Shown here piece after piece: positions 57,668-64,000 of a stretch of DNA of 64,000 nt. The stretch is from positions 1,071 through 65,070 of the IMG/VR virus record IMGVR_UViG_3300033153_007660. One strand, 5' to 3'. How positions within the stretch are numbered: position 1 is the first letter of the stretch; every line of letters starts with the position of its first letter. The notes under the pieces were generated by a model. The model was not told the origin of the DNA, did no database searches, and saw only the letters and a list, made by a program, of their open reading frames with translations. The stretch is from a virus (Duplodnaviria > Caudoviricetes). Both the position numbers and the translations under genes were made by a program.

Positions 57668-58650
57668 TAGAGCACCGACCCAACTAGGATACCAATAAAG
57701 GCCTCGTCCTTGAATCCCCATGTGACATGAGGACCTACCCAGAGATCACTGATTAGAGGCAGGTTCTCGCCTAAATTGTACAACACAGGAGTGATACCTA
57801 TTGCAGGTTCCTCTACGTAATCAAAGGACAGGCGCGGATACCTCCAAGAGAGGTCATTCTTGGTATGACCATAGCCCATGAAGGACATCCCAGCTGACCC
57901 ACCCATGCTGAACTCAGCGGTAGTGTGTGCACCAGCTAGAAGTCCGATATCGATATGAGGAGCCCACCACCAGAAGCGTGGCGTCGTCTCATCTCTGACA
58001 ATAAAGGTAAGCTCCTCGAACTCGAGTTGCTTCACCTTCTTACCTTCCCTGTCAACGGCCCAGATCTGGGCGTAGTGGTTGATGCCGCCGTCTGGCAAAC
58101 GGGACTCAACTATCTCTCCTGCTAGTGTAAGTGACAGTTCATAGGTAATAGTCAATGGTAGGACACGGTCACCATATCGAGGCAGATAGCTACACTTGAT
58201 TATGATCTCGTGATTCGCTATTCCTCCCTCAAATTTGGCGACTGGACTCAGCACTTTCTTAGTTATAGCTTCGTACAGCCGGCCTGGAACAAAGTCAGAA
58301 CACTCCAGGCCAAGCTCAATGGTCTCCCCTTCATAGTAAACAATGTCTACCTTAGTCTTTTCCTTGTACAAAGAATTGTACCTAGCCTTCAGTTTTCCGT
58401 ACATGGTAACGACAGCACGACGATCATCGATCTCCTCTTTGATATCGTCACGTAGCCCTGTGTTCTCAATCTCAATCTTCCCCAATCGAGTTTGTGCTCT
58501 CCCAAGCAAGAGATCAGCTTCCATATAGCTCTCTGTAAGAGCCTCGTTGCTTGTCTCAAGCGCACCATTCACCTGTGCAATCTTGACCAGTAGACCAAGA
58601 CAGACAGCTAGAGCTACTCCAAGCAGAATACTAAGTACCATCGACTTCAT
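57667..58650 (-). CDS. membrane-anchored coiled-coil protein
   Basis: N-terminal TM helix, beta-rich C-terminus. Confidence 0.65.
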   Translation of the reverse strand: MKSMVLSILLGVALAVCLGLLVKIAQVNGALETSNEALTESYMEADLLLGRAQTRLGKIEIENTGLRDDIKEEIDDRRAVVTMYGKLKARYNSLYKEKTKVDIVYYEGETIELGLECSDFVPGRLYEAITKKVLSPVAKFEGGIANHEIIIKCSYLPRYGDRVLPLTITYELSLTLAGEIVESRLPDGGINHYAQIWAVDREGKKVKQLEFEELTFIVRDETTPRFWWWAPHIDIGLLAGAHTTAEFSMGGSAGMSFMGYGHTKNDLSWRYPRLSFDYVEEPAIGITPVLYNLGENLPLISDLWVGPHVTWGFKDEAFIGILVGSVL

Positions 58651-58823
58651 GTGTGCCACCTTCCCCAGGTTCCATGTGTTGGATGCGGTGTCAGAAAAAC
58701 TCTCTTGAGCTTCCCTGGCTTAGCTCCACACTTCTCACATGGCTCCTGTGTCGTTTCTTCGTCTAGTTTAACAATCTTTACCTGCTTTTGGCCACACTTT
58801 TGACACTCATATTCGTATTGCAT
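58647..58823 (-). CDS. FmdB-like Zn-ribbon protein (not in ORF track)
   Basis: MQYEYECQKCG...CEKCG...LKRV. Confidence 0.65.
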   Translation of the reverse strand: MQYEYECQKCGQKQVKIVKLDEETTQEPCEKCGAKPGKLKRVFLTPHPTHGTWGRWHT

Positions 58824-58986
58824 TTCTATCCCTAGTCCAATTTGAGTATATTTAGTGAGTTTAGCTCAGGGAAGTAATTCTCAGCAAAACACTCAAAATA
58901 GCCTTCAATCTCAAGAGGAGAGAGCCCGAGTTCTTCGAGCTCCCTCCGGTCTTGTTCCATTTCCAGCGAAATAAGTAGGTATTTCA

Positions 58987-61554
58987 TTACTTTTTCTCGT
59001 CGAATTTAGCTCTCCACTCCCATGGTGGATCTACGTTGAATCTTTCCTTGAAGATGTACATTGCACGTCCGATGGCGTGACCTCTTGGCAGTACTTCCTT
59101 CTCTACTATCTCTTCGTACTTCTCACGGAGGTCCTCGAGCTTCTCCTGCCTGTCCGACTGAATTTTACCTCCATCAGTCCAACAGAAGTCAGAGCTCTCT
59201 GGCCAGAAGTTGAAGTACAGACGGTTCTTGAACGCAGTAATCTTGTTCTTACCTACATTGATCTCAATGATTGGTAGAGGGATAGGCACGCCATCACGCA
59301 TCTCAATGTGAGTAACGCCTGCGTCTTCTCCCTGCTCATGAACCTCGTTGTACAAGTGACCGACGAAGTTAGCATCGTACTCAATCTGTCCAGACTCGGC
59401 GATGTCCTCATTACCAGCACGTTCGCCCTTCTTAATCTTCCGGTACTCTACTGTTGCCATGATCAGACAGTGGTTCTTAGTTGCCACGTTCTTGATCTTC
59501 TTAGACATGTTCTTGAACTGGACTCTTTCGTCCTGCTTAGCAGCATTCTGCTGGTCACTAGACTTATGGAAGTTGTCTAGCACGTAGACGATGTTACGAT
59601 CTGGGTACTTCTTCTTGTAGTACCGAATGACCCTATCAGCATAGGATAGAGAGTTGCCGTTGTTAGCGTCCTTGATGATGAGGCGTCCACGACGCATGAG
59701 ATCACGGATAACAGAGTAACCAGTCTCACGTCGCTCTAGTAACTGCTTCTGCCCAATCTCGTCAACGATGTTGTTCACGTGGTAGTTAGGGTCATTGACC
59801 TGATTTAACGTCAACTTCCTACTACCCTCTGCAACAGCAACAAAACGAGGGATGATCTGCTCAGCTGTGTCATCGATAGAGTGATAGATAACCAGCGCAT
59901 TGTTCTCTTCTCGAGAAGCGATCTCATAGGTCAGCTTACACATAAAGGAGGTCTTGCCTGCATTAGCCTTACCAGCGAAACAGAACCAAACATCCTTCTT
60001 CCACTCACCACAGAGAGCATCTTGCAATGTCTGTAGGTCAGGACCTAGGATATACCCTGAGAATGACCCATCTTTGGCCTCTTCATACTTCTTCTGAGTA
60101 TCAAGCACAGCAATGCAAGAGTCCTCTGAGAAACTGTCCTCGTCATACTGACGAGCAAGGTCAAATAGGTCTGTTTCTGCAGAATACATGGCCTCTTCAG
60201 CAGCAGAAGGATCACGCGTCAGAGCAGTCACCATCCGGTCGATGATGTTCTTCCTGTCTCGAGCCTTCTCTGCCTCTCTGAGGTTCTGAAGACGAGAGAG
60301 CTCGGCTTGAACGGTAGCAATGGTGATACCGGTGGCCTTTGCAAGAATCTTGCACTGCTTCTCTTGCTCAATGTAGGAGGTCTCGTTCACGATGAGAGGG
60401 ATCATCGCCTTACAGACCTCATCATCGTCTGCTTCAGGGTCAAAGTGAGAAAGTCTCCACTCGAACGCTGACCACTTCTTGAGACGCTTGAACTGAGCAG
60501 CTCCCTTCTCTTTGATGAAGTCATCTGGGTCCTGTTTTTCAGGAATATTGATGATGCGTACTGACAGGTCTTTGTGACCTGCAAGAACGGAGTCTAATAG
60601 AGCGGCTGTCCTAGTCTCTCCAGGACCATCTCCATCAAGACAGAGGATGACATCATAGTATCCGAACTGCTTGAGCATCTGTACCTGTTCCAGAGTAAGA
60701 GCTGTTCCTCCAACTGCAACTGTGTTGTTGAGACCGTTCTCAGCAGCTGTAAGTACGTCTGTCTGACCCTCAAAAATGTAGATGGTCTTGTCCTTCTTCT
60801 TGCGAGTAGCAAGCACTTGATCAAAACCAAACAAACGCTCTGATTTGCGGTAAATATTGCACTTCACACCAGTTGTCTTCTGGTTGTTGTACTTAGAGCC
60901 GTTGGTCTTGTCTCCGTTGAACTTCAGGTTCCTCGCAGCAAAGCCAACAGGACGACCATGCTCATCTCTGATGGTAAAAATTAGACTATCTTCACCGAAA
61001 AGACCACTGCGGTTGAGGTCTACGTCATCTTGGAAAGAGGCAGACCAACCTGCCTTCTTGAGTTGGTCGCGGAACGACTGATAAGTCTCTACGGCACCTA
61101 CACCATAGCGAACACAGATCTCTTTGCTCCACTTTCTCTTCTTAATAGCCTTCTCAACGGCTGGGTTCTTGGCATGAGAAATGAGATCTGCTGCAGCCTT
61201 ATACACTCTGTAGGTATCAAGCTCATAAAGCTGTTCTGGGGTCAGAGGGACAGTCTCGACGACTACTCCATACTTCTCTGCCAAGGGAATCAGGTTCTCA
61301 TCAACAAAACCTGGTCCTGATAGAGGCTTGTTCTCTAGCATGTGAGCTGCATCGAAGATATCTCCTACTACACCACAACTAAAACAATGGAACTTGTCCT
61401 TACTTGGGACTATGCCACAAGAGGGGCTCTTGTCTTCGTGGTTAGGAGAGATGCAACGAAACGCTGCGCTAGTATCCATGCCTTTGTCTTCTAGATAGGA
61501 AGGCAAAAATGCCCGAAGTTGCTGAACAACCTCGTCATAGTTCTTAATGTTCAC
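58987..61554 (-). CDS. DnaG-type primase fused to a DnaB-like helicase domain
   Basis: C.SPNHEDKSPS..FHCFSCG Zn finger, GFAAR, KYNN, FEGQTD, LDGDGPG, DPDD; C-terminal GKANAGKT, IAESGQIEYDA. Confidence 0.9.
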   Translation of the reverse strand: MNIKNYDEVVQQLRAFLPSYLEDKGMDTSAAFRCISPNHEDKSPSCGIVPSKDKFHCFSCGVVGDIFDAAHMLENKPLSGPGFVDENLIPLAEKYGVVVETVPLTPEQLYELDTYRVYKAAADLISHAKNPAVEKAIKKRKWSKEICVRYGVGAVETYQSFRDQLKKAGWSASFQDDVDLNRSGLFGEDSLIFTIRDEHGRPVGFAARNLKFNGDKTNGSKYNNQKTTGVKCNIYRKSERLFGFDQVLATRKKKDKTIYIFEGQTDVLTAAENGLNNTVAVGGTALTLEQVQMLKQFGYYDVILCLDGDGPGETRTAALLDSVLAGHKDLSVRIINIPEKQDPDDFIKEKGAAQFKRLKKWSAFEWRLSHFDPEADDDEVCKAMIPLIVNETSYIEQEKQCKILAKATGITIATVQAELSRLQNLREAEKARDRKNIIDRMVTALTRDPSAAEEAMYSAETDLFDLARQYDEDSFSEDSCIAVLDTQKKYEEAKDGSFSGYILGPDLQTLQDALCGEWKKDVWFCFAGKANAGKTSFMCKLTYEIASREENNALVIYHSIDDTAEQIIPRFVAVAEGSRKLTLNQVNDPNYHVNNIVDEIGQKQLLERRETGYSVIRDLMRRGRLIIKDANNGNSLSYADRVIRYYKKKYPDRNIVYVLDNFHKSSDQQNAAKQDERVQFKNMSKKIKNVATKNHCLIMATVEYRKIKKGERAGNEDIAESGQIEYDANFVGHLYNEVHEQGEDAGVTHIEMRDGVPIPLPIIEINVGKNKITAFKNRLYFNFWPESSDFCWTDGGKIQSDRQEKLEDLREKYEEIVEKEVLPRGHAIGRAMYIFKERFNVDPPWEWRAKFDEKK

Positions 61555-61567
61555 GAGAATCTCCTGC

Positions 61568-62467
61568 TTACACTAGCAACTGCTGAGAATTACCCCAGCA
61601 AACTTCTTTGAACTTGCAGTAACTACACTGCCAGTCACCAACGAGCTCATGCTTCTTTAGTTTCCCAGATTGCCACTTCTGGAACTTAGTCTCTGATATT
61701 TTCTTCTTTCCATAAAAATCTCTGATCTTAGCTTCAGGATAATTGAGCTCATAGTCAGGTGGTGGGACAGTCTTGCTCTCAACATGATTACGAAGAGTCT
61801 TGTACCTGTCGATAACATCACCCATGGTGAAGGAGCGAACAACCTCTCCATCTACCTTTGGAAACTTCACCTCTCCCTCTTTCTCAAACTCAATCTTGAA
61901 CGTCTTGCGCTTGACTGAGTCTCGAGCAAAGTAGGCCATCCTGAAGAAGGGGAGCCGATCCTCAAAGTGGTTCAAATACACCAGGGTCTGGAGCAATTGA
62001 GGCATCTTCGGGAAGGCTTTGACCTTACGGTTACCGAATAGTTGAGTCTCTGCAAAGTAGCCATAGAAGCTCTTGACCTCTACGCCATAGAGCTGACCAG
62101 TTGGAGGCTCAACAAGGATTGCGTCGAGCTCGCCGGAAATGTTGTTCTCTTTGTCGATGAACTTCACGCTATTGTCGACCCAAATGCCCATTTCTTTCCA
62201 CTCTCTAATGAGCATCTCTTCAACACCGTCTCCCTGCTTAAAAATCCAACGAGAACGGGCCTCATACGGAGTCCCCTCGAACTCCCCTGAAATACGGAAG
62301 TAACTAGAACGCAAGCATCCCCCGTGGGACGTGAGATCGCCATGTTCGTCCCTAAATTGTACTGATGCTTCAGAGGGATAGAAGCGTCGCTCCCGCTCTG
62401 TCTGGAACCTGGGGCGAATGATGTGATCATCTGTCGCCTTCATCAGGTCGTAACTGTCATATGCCAT
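61568..62467 (-). CDS. Cas4-like PD-(D/E)XK exonuclease
   Basis: YPS...GCLR, GELDA, EVKS, QTLVY, WQCSYCKFKEVC. Confidence 0.8.
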   Translation of the reverse strand: MAYDSYDLMKATDDHIIRPRFQTERERRFYPSEASVQFRDEHGDLTSHGGCLRSSYFRISGEFEGTPYEARSRWIFKQGDGVEEMLIREWKEMGIWVDNSVKFIDKENNISGELDAILVEPPTGQLYGVEVKSFYGYFAETQLFGNRKVKAFPKMPQLLQTLVYLNHFEDRLPFFRMAYFARDSVKRKTFKIEFEKEGEVKFPKVDGEVVRSFTMGDVIDRYKTLRNHVESKTVPPPDYELNYPEAKIRDFYGKKKISETKFQKWQSGKLKKHELVGDWQCSYCKFKEVCWGNSQQLLV

Positions 62468-62569
62468 GAAATTCTCTTTCTGCCGCTCATACACTATACA
62501 GTTGGTCTCGAGTGAAGACAACAACAAACAGCTATCGTTTTACCAATGATTACCAGTGAGCACTAGTTT

Positions 62570-64000
62570 TTATCCAGAGCTCACAGTGAGAACTCCACCA
62601 TTTGACCATAGCTGCCCAGCGACAGCAGGGTCAGAGGTTGGGATTGTCGGTAGCATGATGGCTCCGTCACCAGTGATCTGCATATGAACACTGCTAACCC
62701 CAGAAGTAGCAAAATTGATATCTCCTGGTGTTCCTACACCAGTATAAAGATTCAGATCACCAGAAGCTCCACCGGTCGATGCCCCAGTGTAAACGTTAGT
62801 AGGGCCAGTGTCGTAGTTGCCAGCATGGGTGTTCGCGGCGCTACCAAAGTCCATCGTTCCAGTCGTGTTGTCGTATTCAACATCTTCGCCTTGAACTTTG
62901 ATACCGCCGATCCCCTGCGTACCGATGCGACCGTCGCTGATGTAGAGGGTAGCTGCGTTGAGCAAGGCAACGTCGAAGACGCGCGCATTGCCATCCTCGG
63001 CGCGAAAGTAGGTGACCCCATTGTACGTTGAGTTGTCGAAAATGCATCCGTTGGTGCCCGCAGAGTCGACGATCAAGAGGTTGCCGTCAGTCCCCACGGG
63101 ATCGCCGACAGTATACGGACCAATCGCAGTACCACCAGCAAAGCTGATTACGCCCGAGACCGTGATGTTTTGCGACGCATCAATCGTGAGCGCATCCGTT
63201 CCATCCGTGCCGAGAATCAAGCTGCCCGCAGTGCCTCCCGCCGCACCAGTGTAGATGTTGATTTGTCCGGAGTCGCCCAAGATGTTTGTGGTCCCGGTGT
63301 ACAAAGTGAGGGCGCCGCTATCGAAGTCGCCCACGTTCGTCTGGTTTCCTGTGTGCAGCGTCATCCAACCACCCTGGTTGGTGCCGCCCTCGTTTGCGAC
63401 GCTAATTGGTATGTTGTCGGTGCCTCCCGACGAATTCATGCCCCCGCCCTCAATGAGGAACGTCCCGACGAAGGCGTTCGTCATTGCCATCGTGAGCGCT
63501 GTCCCGTCTTCCTGGGTCATCCAACAAATCCCATTGGTAGTGTCGACATCGAATCGTATGCCCTGCCCAGCCGCGTTCATGATGCGGAAGAATCCGTCGG
63601 CGCTGTCATCAATCAGCGTGCCGTTCTCTAGCTCGATGGCGTCAGTCATCGCGACCGAGCCGTCGCTCTCGAAGTCGCCACCCCCACCTCCAGTAAGGTT
63701 GGTCTCTACACCATCGTGTGCCTTATAGTACAGAGCTCCGTCAGTCTTAGCGTAGAGTGCACCATACCCGGCATCGATGCCCGAAACCTCATAGGCTAGT
63801 TCCTTAGTTGTTATTTGATCAACCTCAAGGCCAGATATAGTTAGAGATCCGGCAGTTACTTCAGCTAGACCGATACCATCTGCAGCAAGCATACTTATCT
63901 CAGTAGATGATGTCCCTCTCAGGACAAATCCTGCAGCGAAATCTGTATCATAAATGCCGAGCGTGCAAGACTGAACACTTGTTGTGAGATATGAGTAGTC
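62570..64000 (-). CDS. Gly/Thr-rich virion fibre-like protein (5' truncated by the window)
   Basis: Frame is open to the window edge; internal duplication; C-terminal PTSDPAVAGQLWSNGGVLTVS motif typical of fibre proteins. Confidence 0.65.
   Translation of the reverse strand, partial: DYSYLTTSVQSCTLGIYDTDFAAGFVLRGTSSTEISMLAADGIGLAEVTAGSLTISGLEVDQITTKELAYEVSGIDAGYGALYAKTDGALYYKAHDGVETNLTGGGGGDFESDGSVAMTDAIELENGTLIDDSADGFFRIMNAAGQGIRFDVDTTNGICWMTQEDGTALTMAMTNAFVGTFLIEGGGMNSSGGTDNIPISVANEGGTNQGGWMTLHTGNQTNVGDFDSGALTLYTGTTNILGDSGQINIYTGAAGGTAGSLILGTDGTDALTIDASQNITVSGVISFAGGTAIGPYTVGDPVGTDGNLLIVDSAGTNGCIFDNSTYNGVTYFRAEDGNARVFDVALLNAATLYISDGRIGTQGIGGIKVQGEDVEYDNTTGTMDFGSAANTHAGNYDTGPTNVYTGASTGGASGDLNLYTGVGTPGDINFATSGVSSVHMQITGDGAIMLPTIPTSDPAVAGQLWSNGGVLTVSSG

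Noticed and set aside
56476-62467. CRISPR-Cas locus
   Set aside because: The Cas4-like genes are solo; no repeat-spacer array or cas1/cas2 was seen.
52561-63728. Plus-strand ORFs in the right block
   Set aside because: They are antisense to well-supported - strand genes.
1-64000. Stop-codon reassignment
   Set aside because: Conserved genes are intact under code 11, all three stops end genes, and no CTA/TCA/TTA suppressor tRNA was found.

Overview
A 64-kb segment of a large dsDNA bacteriophage genome read in genetic code 11, with dense genes on the + strand up to ~52.5 kb and on the - strand after that. The left third (0.4-21.6 kb) is a dispersed cluster of 23 tRNA genes interleaved with small hypothetical genes and auxiliary enzymes: peptide deformylase, IMPDH/GMP reductase, PurA-like synthetase, vWA proteins, an AAA ATPase, an LMW-PTP and RtcB. 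It also holds several non-canonical tRNA-like ncRNAs: two tandem YrlA/Y-RNA-like elements, a ~460-nt RNA with two circularly permuted tRNA domains next to RtcB, a double-T-arm RNA and a CCA-ended ~190-nt RNA. A retron-type reverse transcriptase follows, flanked by a structured intergenic region, a Zn-finger ORF and an HNH nuclease. The middle and right carry ClpP, a Whirly-like SSB, RNase HI, an RNase D-like exonuclease, a Ycf46/Ycf35/DUF2997-like AAA module, a class II RNR with an intein, RecA, a split DnaE with an intein, dCMP deaminase, PhoH, UDG, an amidase endolysin, several PD-(D/E)XK nucleases, a primase-helicase and a truncated fibre-like gene. About ten unrelated proteins share a C-terminal R-[FM]-x-x-[LV]-acidic tail, and 18 of 23 tRNA genes end in CAA rather than CCA. 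All calls come from reading motifs and base-pairing by eye; no searches were run, and family names are from recall.
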